Shown: positions 26,141-40,209 of the stretch, piece after piece
Position numbering within the stretch: the first letter of the stretch is position 1
How the letters are laid out: every line of letters starts with the position of its first letter
Assembly: GCF_006345805.1 (NCBI RefSeq)
Contig: NC_043003.1
Location: 63,178,001 to 63,242,000 of the forward strand
From: Octopus sinensis
Lineage: Eukaryota
DNA length: 64,000 bases
Reading direction: 5' to 3'
Position numbers and translations under genes: made by a program
The notes under the pieces: model-generated
What the model saw: the letters and a program-made list of their open reading frames with translations, nothing else
Told to the model about the DNA's origin: nothing
Database searches by the model: none

Positions 26141-27211
26141 CCAGGAATCTAATCTAAACAGTCAGTGGAAAAAAAAGTGTTAAAAAGTCACCAAATCATT
26201 TCATATTTGACTTTTATTGCTTGAACTACTGTAATATCATCTTTTTATCTTTTTAATATGAGGGGACACCAACGAAGGCAACCACAAGTTGCTGGCCCCC
26301 TCATGTACAAGAAGGGTTATTTTAATAAGACTCGTTAGAAATTACTTCGTTTTTATTGATTCAAGTAAGTTTAGTGTTATTTTACTACATTATGCATCCA
26401 TATATATTTTTTCAGTTTATGTGGTATTTCAAAGGAATGATTAGTTTTTGTAAATATTTATTTAGGGAAATTGCAACTCTAGGACAACACAATGACAGCA
26501 GGTATATTTAGAGAATAAATACAGTGTTTCCCAACAGACTTTTATCTCATCATGTATTGAATTCCTATAATGCTGGAGGATATTTGCTGTAAAAAAATTA
26601 CGACTAAATTTTGTTTTATCTTATTTGTGTGTATGTGTCTGAGTATGTGTATGTAAGTGTGTGTGTGTGTGGTCGCTTATGTTTGCACTTATCTGAAAAT
26701 CACTGAACTACAAACAATAAGGTTGCTGTCATTTCCCCTTTCAGCAAATCGTTCACTGACATTGAGCTTTTGAAAACTTGTTGAATAAGAATTCTTTTAC
26801 TTGAAAAACAGGTAAGCATTAAAAACAAGAAGGCCATCTAAGTGTAAAGCTATGTCTCAATAAAATATTTATCTAACCCATGCTAGCATAGAAAAATGGA
26901 CATAAAAATAAAGGAGTGAATATTTTCCCCAGCCAAATTTGAACAAACAATGACACAAAAAGTTATCTGAATGTCACAAAAAAAATATATATATAGGCAC
27001 AGGAATGGCTATGTGGTAAGAAGTTTACTTCCCAAGTACATGGTTTGGGGTTCAGTCCCACTGCATGGCACCTTTGGCAAATGTCTTCCATTATTACCCC
27101 AGATCAACCAGAGTGTTGTAAGTAGCTTTAGTTGACAGAAACTGAAATGAGCATGTCACACACACACATATATATATATATTATGTGTGTGTGTATGTAT
27201 ATATATTTGTA

Positions 27212-27248
<37 letters not shown>

Positions 27249-27508
27249 TTATTTATTATGTGTGTGTTTGTATGTATATATATTTGTGTGTGTGTGTGTG
27301 TATATATATTATTAATTAAATACATTCTATTAGAATATTATACACTGAATTTATAATGAGTGCTCTTTGTATAAAATGCATTAATTAAATTTCTAAGCTG
27401 TCATGTTTCATATATTTATATATATTTTTATGTAATACTATTTTAGACATATATATCTTCGTGAGAAATTTTTGATATTGAATTTCATGCTATTATTTCC
27501 AAAATACA

Positions 27509-27565
<57 letters not shown>

Positions 27566-27922
27566 TGAACTTACATTGAAAATCAACAAAGTTTGCTTTA
27601 GAAGTGTTGAGATGTACTGAAAGATAAGGAAATAATTTTATTTTCAAAAACAGGAAAATGCTAATAGTATAGCATGAACAGGATAAGCTATCCATATTGT
27701 GCAGAAAAGTCTGGTGGTGGCCAGTAATGAGACTCAAACTCACATCCCTATGATTACACGTCAAATGCTTTATCATTAAGCTAATCTACCCACCGACAAA
27801 CTCTTCTGCAATTTTAGGATATATAAGTCAAGCTTTATAAGACACGTAATTACAGGGATGTGAGTTCAAATCTCATACTATATTATTATCATTATCCTGC
27901 ATTTGAGAATTATATATATATA

Positions 27923-27960
<38 letters not shown>

Positions 27961-28754
27961 TATAGAATTAAGAGACAGAACCGCCATAAAGTGATTCAAT
28001 TAATAATGAAAGATATTATCTATTACAAAATATAAATTTAAATATATTATTATTAATATTGTACTAAAAATTTCTATACTAAATTATACAAATTATATAT
28101 ATATAAGAAACTAGTTAAAAAATAATGGTCATTAGATATTTTTCTTTCAGTGAAGCAAATTTGAGGTTACAGCTGTTTCCAGGAGTCATTATAGCTACAT
28201 TACTGATAGGTTTATTCAATTAGTCTATTGATCAATTGATGAAAATTGAATGACCTATATATATCATCATCATCATCATCATTTAACATTTGTTGTCTAT
28301 GCTGGTATGGGCTGAATGGTTTGACCAGGGCTGGTAAGCTGGAAGGCTGCACCAGACTTCAGTCTGATATGGCATGGTTTTCTACAGCTAGATGCCCTTC
28401 CTAACACCAATCACTCCAAGAGTGTAATGGGTGCTTTTACGTGCCATTTGCATGACACCAGTATCTATAAAATTGAACGACCTGTATATGTGTGTGTATA
28501 CATGTATATGTATATATATGTCATATACATGTATATGTATATGTATATATATGTGTGTGTGTGTGTGTCTGTGTTTGTCCCCCCAACATCGCTTGACAGT
28601 CGATGCTGGTATGTATACATCCCCATAACTTCACAGTTCGGCAAAAGAAACCGATTGAATAAGTACTAGGCTTACAAAGAATAAGTCCTGGGGTTGATTT
28701 GCTCCAGCATGGCCACAGTCAAAATGACTAAATCAAGTAAAAGAGTAAAAGAGA

Positions 28755-28895
28755 GAGTATAGAGAATATTTTCAAAAATACTTGTCTCAAAAATTTTTGT
28801 TTCAATATATTGTTTCTGTCTCAAAATATTCGTCTCAATATTTTCAAAAATATTTGTCTCAATATTTTCAAAAATATTTGTCACAAAAAATTTCT
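28755..28895. repeat. Short tandem repeat, 12/24 bp unit (aatattttcaaaaatatttgtctc)
   Basis: Seen directly. Confidence 0.8.
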
Positions 28896-29234
28896 CTCAA
28901 TAAATTTTACCTCTGAGCCATGAAAGCATAGAAAAGTGATTGTTAAAATGATGATGGTGGTGATGATGAATTCAAAGTGTGTTATGTCATTGGGTGATGT
29001 TTATATGGAGTTTGTGTTTAGGGTATTCTACAGATGAGGTAAAAACAATATGATTTGTATTCATCATCATCATCATCGTTATCATATAACAACCGTTTTC
29101 CATGCAGGCATGGGTTGGACGGTTTGAAAGGAGCTGTCCAGCCAGAGTGCTGTACCAGATTCTGGTTGTCTGTTTTGGCATGGTTTCTATGGCTTGATGC
29201 TCTTCTTAATGCCAACCACTTTACAGAGCGTACT

Positions 29235-29695
29235 GAGTGATTTTCATGTGGTGCCACTAGCGCTACTTTTCATGTGGCACAAACACAGGCACATGGCACC
29301 TGTAAAGGCGCTTTTTATGTGGTACCAGTAGAGGGGCTTTTTACGTGGTGCCAGCACATGTGATTTTTACATGGCACCAGCACAGGTACATTTTATGTTA
29401 CACCAACATTGGCACTTTTTATGTGGCACCAGCACATGTACTTTTTACATGGCGCCAGCAGAAGTGCTTTTTTTGGGGCACCAGCACATGTACTTTTTAT
29501 GTGACAGCACTGGTGCTTTTTACATGGTGCCTGCAGAAGTGCTTTTTATGTGGCACCAGCACAAGTGCTTTTTACGTGGCACCAGCACAGCTGCTTTTTA
29601 CCTGGTGCCAAAACATGTGCTTTTTACATAGTGCCAGCACAAGTACTTTTTATGTAGTACCAGCACATGTTCTTTTTATGTGGCACAAACATAGG
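29235..29695. repeat. 26 bp minisatellite, ~17 units (agtgctttttacgtggcaccagcaca)
   Basis: Regular 26 bp period; monomer also occurs singly in dispersed repeats near 7085, 28430 and 53155. Confidence 0.9.
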
Positions 29696-31143
29696 TGTCA
29701 CATACTAATCGGACACAATGTGCCATTAGCCAGCTGAAGGAGATGTCCTCCTGGGGCTAAAAAACAACAGTAGCATCGTCTTCTATGGGATCGCCACATT
29801 TAGCTGGCACTTATATTTCACAATCATCATCATCATATATGACATTAAATGAGGATGATATATATCATGTGTATACATGCACACACACACACACACACAC
29901 ACAATGGGCTTTCACACAGCTTTTGTTTACCAAATTCATTCCCAAGACTATAGCAGAAGACACTTGTCCAAGATGCTTCGAAGTGGGACTGAACCCATAA
30001 CCATTCAGTTGCACAGCAAGCTTATTTAAACATCCAGCCATGCCCATTCCTTCGCTGCAATCTTTGTAAGTGCTGTTTACACTTCCATGCTTCACATCCT
30101 CTGTTTATTTCCATTTCAAATTCTTTCTTATTTTGATGCTCTCATGATTGCTTCCAAGGATGATGTTTTGATCGGAATGGAGATCAATATTGGTAGGAGA
30201 ACACTGACATTTTCTTTCCTGTCCTTGATTATTGCATCTGGACAAATTCATCTTCATCTCCTTATCATCATCATTATCATTGTCCTCCTCCTATTCCTCC
30301 TCCTCACCATCATCATCAACATCATCACTACCAACATCACCACCCACTACAACCACCACCACTATCACCATAATGACAATGCCCACTACCACTACCATCA
30401 TCATCATTATTATCGTGGCCATTGTCATCATTGTCCTCATCAGTAGCAGCAGCACCATTGTCACCACAACTGTTGTTATTGCTGTCATTATCATCATCAT
30501 CATCATCATGCCACTGCCACCACTGCTGCTCCCACTAGCACCACAACAACCACCACTGCTATCATCATCATCATTGTCATCATCATCATCATCACCATTG
30601 CATTCGTGTTTTTGCTGTTGTTTGGCCTTGGCTGATCAAGACCAAGCCCAACCGTGCCACTCCACCCATAACCATCCTGTTATTTTGCACATATATGGAA
30701 CTATTCTATCCAATGTGTTTTTGTATCTTTTAAAGCAGCCATTTGTGACTTAAGATAGATTTGACGGGTATTGCTGTTAAGTCAAGCAATAACAATCGAC
30801 ATGTAGTGGGATTAATCTTGTAACATGTCAAAATTTTATTTGTGGCTTTTACCACTTACAGAATATTTATTTGGTGTATGTTGGGAGGGTCGGTATGCCA
30901 ATAATAAACACATGCACTGGTTCAATTTCGGTTCTTTAGTTTCATTCACCAATTGGTTAACTATTTAGCCAATAACTAATTAATTGTCTGATTGACCATT
31001 TGGTCAATCAATCAATCAATCAGTCAGTTATATTTGCCAAAGTCCTTTTGTTACTATTCATGGCCTCATCAATGACATACTCTCTCCATTGTAGGTCAAA
31101 GAAGTGAAAAAGAACTAGTGTGTATGTTCATTATTATATCTAT

Positions 31144-31187
<44 letters not shown>

Positions 31188-31228
31188 ATGAATGTGTGTT
31201 TCTGTATGTCTCTGTGTATATATATATA

Positions 31229-31263
<35 letters not shown>

Positions 31264-31388
31264 CAAATAAGAAAATGGAGAAACAATTTAGTTGGTTCAT
31301 CAGCTTTAGAATGTTGACTTATTTATTCATTTAACAAAAGCGAGAATCTTACTAACATACATATATACATTATAATTCAATACATATG

Positions 31389-31424
<36 letters not shown>

Positions 31425-31431
<7 letters not shown>

Positions 31432-31860
31432 GAAAATAGTAAAAAGCGAAAAAACTACAGAAGGCTTGTTTTGAAAGGTTAAAAAATATATAGTTGTGTC
31501 ATTATGTCAGAAGAATGTTATAAATTTTTTTCATACAGTGACATAGTTTTTGAAGAAATTACCGGTTTCATGTATAACTTTTCAAATTTCTCAAAACATT
31601 GTTATGATTTCGTTCGTTAATTAATATTACATACATACATACATACATACATTGTTATGATTTCTTAACGAATGAAATCATAACAATGTTTTGAGAAATT
31701 TGAAAAGTTATACACGAAACCAGTAATTTCTTCAAAAATTATGTCACTGTATGAAAAAATTTTATAACATTCTTCTGTCATAATGACTCAAATATATATT
31801 TTTTAACCTTTTAAAACAAGCCTTCTGTAGTTTTTTCACTTTTTACTACTTTCTATATAT
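31425..31860. repeat. Near-perfect fold-back, ~195 bp arms, each carrying a minimal U3:A8 hammerhead
   Basis: Arms ~31425-31620 and ~31665-31860; HHR at 31555-31590 (-) and 31695-31730 (+). Confidence 0.85.
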
Positions 31861-31893
31861 TCAACCACGTGCTTTCACACACCAACTTTCTCA

Positions 31894-31940
<47 letters not shown>

Positions 31941-31942
31941 GC

Positions 31943-31979
<37 letters not shown>

Positions 31980-32273
31980 CACATGGCCTTGTGGTTAGGG
32001 TGTTGCACTCACAATCGCCAGGTTGTGGGTTCAATTCCCACAAGAACACCATGTTCTTGTGCAAAACACTTCATTTCATGTTGCTCCAGTCCACTCAACC
32101 GTAAACGTGTTACACTGCAACAGAAAAGCCTTCCAGTCAGGGAGAATGTTAGCCCATTTGGCTCATCAGCAGGGTGGTATCATTCAAAAAGCTAAAATGA
32201 TGCAAAGCACATTGTGACCAGTGATGTATAACAACATCCAATAGTCTGGTCAATGACATGATCACATTGTATG

Positions 32274-32304
<31 letters not shown>

Positions 32305-32579
32305 TATTAATTATAGAGCATGTATTATAGATTTCAAGAAGCAGTAGATCATCCAACAAAATGCCTAGCAGTATTTATTTTTGGCCCTTTTTGTTCTGAG
32401 TTCAAATTCTGTTGAAATTAACTTTGGTCTTTCATCCTAGGGTTGATATAATCAGTCAATCCTGCTCCAAAATGAGGTGTCTTGTTCAGATTAAAAATCC
32501 TTCTGATGTGTATATTAAGACATTTGATGTAATAAATTGATAATGAGCTAAGTATAAAAACCAAACTTGGTACCTTCAA

Positions 32580-32830
32580 TTCAGTGTTTGTGCTCACCCT
32601 TACCTATGGTCATGAATCTTGGGTAATGACCGAAAGAATACGATTATGAATACAAGCAACTGAGGAGGACTTCCTTCAAAGGGTCTTTTGAGTTATGTCA
32701 CTTGATAGAGTGTGTAGCTTGGACATCAGAGAGGCACTCCATGTATTGCTGTTACTTCTTGGAATCGAGAGATCACAACTTTGATACTATGGACATTGAT
32801 ATGAATGCCTCTGGAAAGAATCACTGGACA
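32580..32830 (+). pseudogene. RTE-clade LINE fragment
   Basis: SVFVLTLTYGHESWVMTERIRL*IQATE, similar to RTE PTLTYGHExWVMTER. Confidence 0.75.
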
Positions 32831-32909
32831 TGTTTTACAGGCAAAACCAATCAGCAGGTGACCCAGGAGTGGGCCACTTGCAGGGTGGCTGGGTAACATC
32901 CTATTTCTT

Positions 32910-33135
32910 TATTACCCACAAGGGGCTAAACATAGAGGGGACAAACAAGGACAGACATAGGTATTAAGTTGATTACATCGACCCCAGTGCGTAACTGGTA
33001 CTTAATTTATCGACCCCGAAAGGATGAAAGGCAAAGTCAACCTCGGCGGAATTTGAACTCACAATGTAATGACAGACGAAATACGGCTATACATTTTGCC
33101 CAGCGTGCTAATGTCTCTGCCAGCTCGCTGCCTTC
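32910..33135 (-). mobile_element. SINE family B copy
   Basis: Family motif match; other copies at 14410-14620, 34120-34350, 34547-34790, 34895-35110, 55185-55415, 60345-60560 and 63020-63235. Confidence 0.85.
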
Positions 33136-35984
33136 GAGTAACATCCACAACCTTAGTTGGTCTCGTTTGGGATGGTAATTTCTGATAGGACCTGATGGAA
33201 GGCATGCTTCAGGACTCTGTCCCACCCAATGACCCTCCCGGGCATAAGTGGATGAAGAAGAAGAGATGAGATGAGATGAGATAATGTTGCAAATGGAGAC
33301 AAAGGGACTTTGACAAACCTTGACTGATTGACTAAACAATTAATCAAATAATCAATTAATTATGTGCATGTTGTGATAATTGAGTATTTGGGTCTAGAAC
33401 TACAAGATAACAAAAATTTAACAAATATAATAAATGTAAAATTATGTAGTATTTTTGTTGTTAAGTGGTTAAATATCAACAAATTATCTAAATAATAAAA
33501 GGAATGAAATAGAACTAGCAAGTGTGTGTTTATTACTGGCATAATGACCCTCCTAATATGCAATAAAATCTGTTTCAATGCATAATTTCATATCAAGAAT
33601 CTTGTTAGCCAAATATTTATTTGAATATTATGAACTATTAAACCTAAGGTGTAATCACTCAAAGAACTTCAAGAGAGCTTGGATGCATTCTGAAAATAAT
33701 AACAATGAGCTTCATTGAGAAAGTGAGATCTTGCTGTTTTATGAATGACATTTGTTTTTCAAGATAGCTTAAATATAATATATTACGAATACTATAAAAT
33801 GATTATGTTGTTTATGTGGTGGATAAAAGTGTTAAATTAGGTAAAATTGATTAATAAATTTTGATGCTTTCATATAAAATTGTGTTAATTGAAAGGAAAA
33901 TATGTTTAAATAGAGAAAGTTAATTGCTTATTTTAGTTTGGTTGATATTTCACAAGTTCTGATACATGTTGAAGAATACAATACATATTCATTATATTCT
34001 TTCACTGATTTCAGATACTGAACCGTGGCAAAAGCAGAGGCAGGAACCATCTTCAAAGATTTCAGTCAATTATATTGCCTCTGGTTCTTATTTTAGCCTA
34101 GTATTTATTTAACTGAATTTATAATATTCTTTTCTACTCTAAGCACAAGGCCCCAAATTTTTTGGGGGTGTGGGGGGGGGGGCAGTCAATTAGATCGACT
34201 CCAGTATGCAACTGGTACATAATTTATCAACCCTGAAAGGATGAAAGGCAAAGTCACCTTGGTGGAATTTGAACTCAGAATGTAAAGACAGACGAAATAC
34301 CACTTAGTAGTTTGCCTGGTTTGATAATGTTTCTGTGAGCTCACTGCCTTTGAATTCATAATATTGACTGGTTAAGCTACCTTCTGATGTAATGAAATGA
34401 AACTTGACATAATGTGTTATATCATGTACAAAGTCAAAGCCACATACAAATGTCGTGGCCTTTGGTTGTTGGCTGGTCTGTTGTGATGGCTGGTTAAGTT
34501 GATGAATGGAAAATAGATGAAAATATGTTTCTAGAGCTAGGCGGTGAACTAGCAGGAAAAGCAGTGAGCTGGCAGAATCATTAGCACACTAGGCGAAATG
34601 CTTAGCGATATTTCGTCTGCCATTACTTTATGAGTTCAAATTACACCGAGGTCAACTTTGCCTTTTATCCTTTGAGGGTCGATAAATTGAGTACCGGGGG
34701 CAACACTGGGGTCAATGTAACTGACTAGTTCCTTCCCCCAAAATTTCAGGCTTTGTGCCTAATGTAGAAAAGCAGCAAGTTGGCAGAAATGTTAGCACAC
34801 TGGCTGAAACAGAAATTACCAGAAAATACTAATAGTTATCTAACAGGTAAACAGGTAATTTACATCTATTATTATTATTATTATTACTATTATTGAAGGC
34901 AGCAAGCTGGCAGAAATGTTCGCATGCCAGGTGAAATGCTTAGTGGTATTTTGTCTGACTTTACGTTCTGAGTTCAAATGCTACTGAGGTCGACTTTACC
35001 TTTCATCTTTTCAGGGTCGATAAATTAAGTACTAGTTGTGTACTGGGGTCGAGCTAATCAACTGGCCTCCTCCCCAAAAATTCCGGGCCTTGTGCCTTGA
35101 GTAGAAAAGAATATGTTTCTAGAGCTGTATGTAGAAATAACTGCAAAACACCCACAAACATTTGATGGAAGACTTTATCATTGCATATATAAACAAACTG
35201 TATTGGCCTTTTACAGTTAGGGTAATGACCCCCTTCAGTCACAAATGACCATGGGATTGCATCAACAAATTTACCTGCCGAGGCACAAATCTGATGTTAT
35301 CCGAGGGAAAGGAAAAAGCTGATATAGCTTGAACAGCAATAATTATTTACTGGAAGAGATACTGCTTGGAGTCTATGGCAAGCTATAGATGTGGCAACCA
35401 GCAATTAACCAAACATAACTGTAAACAATTGTGCTATATTAATAGTGATAAAGTTCCTGTCATCTATCAGTGCCATCGGTCTCAGCTGCCTTCCTGAATC
35501 ATCTGGTTGGTAAAAATGTATGTGGACCAGTTTTCATAGGGGACTAGAGGTCAAATTCTAGAATGTTGGAGAAGATGGAAATAGTTTTTAACATTTCAGC
35601 TGTTAGCCCTTCATCAGAAAAATGGAAAAAAAGGAAAGGTAGTGGAAAGAAGCGAGGAAGAAGAAAAGGTATTGCGAGGAAGAGGGAGGGTGTAGTGTGC
35701 ATGTATAGGGAGGTGTCTGCACGTAAGGAGTTGGAACAAGGGTGGTTTATGGAGTGCTGGTAGTTAGCTGGAGGGTAGGAGTCGAGTTGTGCAAGAATGT
35801 GATAAGAGGTGTGGTGGAGGAAGATGAATAGGTGTGAATGTGATACAGGTAGAGGAAGGCATGGAGAAAAACTATGAAGTAAACAGTGAAAAAAACAGTA
35901 TACTTGGGGGAGCAAATTTATATATATATATGTGTGTGCATGTGTGTGTGTGTCTGTGTGTGTATATGTATTCTTTTAATTGTT

Positions 35985-36380
35985 TCAACCATATGGATGT
36001 GGTCGTGCTGGTGGCCATGCTGGAGCACTGCCTTTATTTGAACAAATTGACCCAAAGACTTATTCTTTGTAAGCTTAGTACTTATTCTATCGGTCATTTT
36101 TGCCAAACCATTAAGTTGCGGGGACATAAACACACCAGCATCAGTTGTCCAGCGATGGTGGGAGGCACAAATACAGACACACAAACATACACGTACACAC
36201 ACACATTTATATATACAACAGGCTTCTTTCAGTTTCCATCTATCAAATCCACTCACAAGGCTTTGGTCGACCCTAGGTTATAGTAGAAGACACTTGCCCA
36301 AGGTGCCACACAGTGGGACTAAACCCAGAACCATGTGGTTGGTAAGCAAGCTTCTTACCACACAGCCACTCCTGCGCCTA
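35985..36380 (-). mobile_element. SINE family A copy
   Basis: Colinear with other family A copies. Confidence 0.85.
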
Positions 36381-36589
36381 TATATATGTATATGATGTGT
36401 GGGTGTGTTTGTGTGTGCGTGTGTATGTGTTAGGAAGGACATTCAGTGGTAGAAACCACACCATTGCTGACAATGGAGCTTAATAAGGTCCTGTGGCATA
36501 CTGGATCCTATCAAAACATCTAAGTCATGTCAGCATGAAACAGGAATGGTACATTATGGTGCTGATGATATGTAAATGCGCACAAACTC

Positions 36590-37415
36590 ATATACATGCA
36601 TTTATATCTATCATTTATATGGTTGAATCTATTTCTGTGTGTATATGCACTCACACATATATATATAAACACACACACATACATATATATTTACACGCAT
36701 CTATACATATCATATCTATATGGTGGAATGCATGTCTGTGAGTGTATGCACACATTCAATTATGTATGCATGCACACACATACATGTATACATGCATCTA
36801 TATATATCATATCTATATGATTGAATGTATGTCTGAGTGTATGCACACACACACACATGCACACACAGACATGCACACACACATGCACATATATACATAC
36901 ATACACATATATACATGCATCTATATATACATCTATATGGTTGAGTGTATACACATACACATGCATGCACACACATACATATACATATATAAGCATACAC
37001 ACGTATACAGACATACATTCAACCATACATATATAAACACACACATACACAAATATACAAATATACACACATATGCATCGATATATATATCATATCTATA
37101 TAGTTGAATGTATGTCTGTGAGTGTATGCACACATACACAAAAGCACATGCATACATGCACACACAAATATATAAACACATACACACATGCATCTATATA
37201 TATATATCATCTGTATATATGCATCTATATATATATCTATATAGTTGAATGTATGCCTGAGTGTATGCACACACACACACGTGCACAAACACATGCATGC
37301 ATACATGCACACACACAAATATATAAACACACACATACATATATATACGCATATATATATACATCATATCTATATGGTTGAATGTGTCTTTGAGTGTATG
37401 CACACACACACACAG
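36590..37415. repeat. Higher-order tandem array, ~7 variable 100-160 bp units built on CA/TA microsatellite
   Basis: Anchor t(g/a)gttgaatgtatgtctg(tg)agtgtatgca at about 36617, 36721, 36817, 36937, 37101, 37242 and 37375. Confidence 0.85.
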
Positions 37416-39585
37416 CAATATGATAGACTTCTGCACAGTTTCCTCCTACAAAATTTCATTCAAGGTGTCGTTACCAGGATACCTACTTAAGACAGGACAG
37501 AGTAGAATCAAGTCCAGAACTCTGTGATTACAAACCAAACCAAATGATGAGGATGCCTCTCATCTATGTTTAACAAATTTCTATTCTTAGCTTTATGACA
37601 ATGCACGATTAAGTATGATACACATTTCAAAATTTATTTAACTTTACATGAAGCCTATTGTAACCACAATATATGACTACAATTATTTATGGCTACATGC
37701 AATAAATTGCATTATTTCCTGTTTTATATATCTAATTAGATGTACATAAATTTATTTAGCCAGCTGTCAAATATCATTACAGTTGATGTGAAATACATTT
37801 TCTAACGTGTCATGTGTGTTTAATTGATTGTGATGAACATTCGTCCAAGCCATATGTTTAAAGACTTTGCTGTAAACCTTATATTTAGCGAGTTGTATGT
37901 TTTACTAAATGTCCTTGTCCATCATGAATTACATGTTAAATTAACTTTTACAAATGTTATTCAACTGGTTATACTGAACACTTATGCTGATTTCAGAATG
38001 CGTATGTACTGTAACTTCGAGGCATTTAATATATTTCCCTCTGCTTGCTTTTGTTTGATATCTCTGCTTAATTTCTTTTTCTTCTTTTTCTCTTTTCTTT
38101 CTTTTGGTTTTGTTATTTTGGTCTTTCGTGGAAATGAAATTATGTTATTAAATATTCATACAAAAGTTGAGTGAATTAGCACAGTTCTCATGGTTTGCCC
38201 TAAGTGAAGCTATAATTAGAAGATATTATGTTTATTTCCAAGAACTATCTCTAAATACTGTAAACAAGTAATGGCGAAAAGAGAAAGAAATTATTCTCGA
38301 TTGGAAATGAGATATAGGAACAGCAAATTAACCGTTATGCAATAACTAGACCAAATATTTCCCATTATTTATGAGACTGTTGAGCTTTCACTAATTTGCA
38401 GTATTGAATCTTGGATGCTATATTATTTTGATATATGGAGAGGAATATTCCAGCACCGTACTCTCATATTAGAAGCAATATTCAAAGAAGATGGTTGTTA
38501 GTCTTTTACAATCATTTAATGATAAATTCCCTACTGGCTTTATCATATATATGGGATCATTTCTCCATCTCTTGCACTGATTACAGCTTCAAATAAATCT
38601 TTTCGGTAATAATATTACTTTCTATTTGGGCTCTGATTTAGATATATTCATTCTTTCTTCTTTCTTATATATATATATTTTTTTTATTTTTGAACTTCCA
38701 AAATCTTCAAGACTGCCAGACATTATCATGTTAATAATTTGACATTCAGTTCTATCACACAACTGTTCATGTGTGAAATTTCCATTTCTCTGGTTAAAAA
38801 AAAAAGAATTCTTTTAGCTTTGAATATGTCTAAGAGTAAAGCATATATAGACATTAATATTTCTAAATTTTTAAAAATATTATGAAGTAAAATATTCAAA
38901 GGAGAACCATACTCACACACACACACATTTATATAAATATAACTTTTGATCATTTTTCTCTTATCAAAATATTCTCTATAATTTTAATATCTTTTAATGA
39001 CCGTATGGATCTCTACCATGTTTTGACACTTGCTCATAAACTTGCTTCCTCATTAATTTACAGAGAAGTATGAAGATCTTTCTAAATTCTAATGAACTCT
39101 GAAAAGTAATGGCTTTGAGATTTATATGGCGTTCGTTTGTTCAAATCTTATTGTGGCTTTTTATGTTGCATTGCTGAGGGAAACCAACATAACTTTGCTT
39201 GCTTTAATTTACCTGTCTGACAAATATTAGGATAGAATAAAAATCCATCTTGATTCTTTTAGACTGATAGGGTTGGTTTTCCAGTTTCTGTGGCATATAT
39301 GTTACCCCACAGGATGGGACGCAAATCCATCACAAGAACTGAGTGGACCGGAGCAAAGTGAAATGAAATGAAATGAAATGTTTTGCTCAAGAGCATGTGT
39401 CACCCAGTTCAGGAATCCCACAATCTTACAATCATGAGTCTGATACTTTAATCATTAAACCTGACATATATTCACTTGTTGGCACAGGAATGAGAATATA
39501 CTAGACTACCTATGACCCATTGGGTTACTGGGAAACTTAGTCTCCCAGCAGCAGAGTTTTGTTTCATGGGTCTTTTCTTTTCCAG

Positions 39586-39702
39586 GTTATTTTGCATGCT
39601 TTCAATGAATGTGACATCCAAATCACATGCAAACGGCTCCTTTCCTCCAGGAAAGGAAAGATTTGGTTGCTATTTCTTGCATGCCTTGCTACCACACAAT
39701 AG
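39586..39702 (+). CDS. Orphan candidate exon, 117 nt, product unknown
   Basis: Acceptor tcttttcttttccag and donor ag|gtatgc; open in phase 2 (LFCMLSMNVTSKSHANGSFPPGKERFGCYFLHALLPHN); no recognisable homology. Confidence 0.25.
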   Translation, partial: VILHAFNECDIQITCKRLLSSRKGKIWLLFLACLATTQ

Positions 39703-40209
39703 GTATGCTAGATCCTTTATCACAAATAGCTGTTATGTAGTAGCAGGGCGTGCTAGAAATAGCAGCCAAATCTTAGGTGAGATAATGTTGAATGCACTTG
39801 CAAAAAACCTAGGGAATCAAGGTTACGAAGTTCATGATATATATGTGTTTATGTATGTATGTATGTTTATACATGTGTATGTATGCATGTATGTAAGCAT
39901 ATGTGTACATGTGTATGCATGTATGTATGCATGCATGTAAGTACATGTGTATGTATGTATGTATGTGAGTATTTACATATGTGTATAGACATGTCTACGT
40001 GTGTGTATATGTGTATGTATGTGTAAATGTATGTTTATGTACTGATGTGTGTGTCTGTTCAAGTTGTATATATGACTGTTACTTCGTTGAAGGTTGTATG
40101 TATATATATTTACTGTAAAAAAAAACAAATCATATTTATTTATTGTCAAATCACTGTCTAATCGAAAGGTTAGAGATTTTTCCCTTTCAGGATGAAGTTA
40201 TTCAGAACA

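Noticed and set aside
26248-26296. Hairpin atgagggg...cccctcat
   Set aside because: 8 bp outer stem only; no ribozyme core; may be a mariner-end remnant or chance
29235-29695. CRISPR-like regularity
   Set aside because: Contiguous 26 bp tandem units with no unique spacers; eukaryotic minisatellite
35471-35517. 47 nt plus-strand exon candidate (PSVSAAFLNHLVGKN)
   Set aside because: Plausible splice sites, but equally plausible frames on the other strand; unsupported
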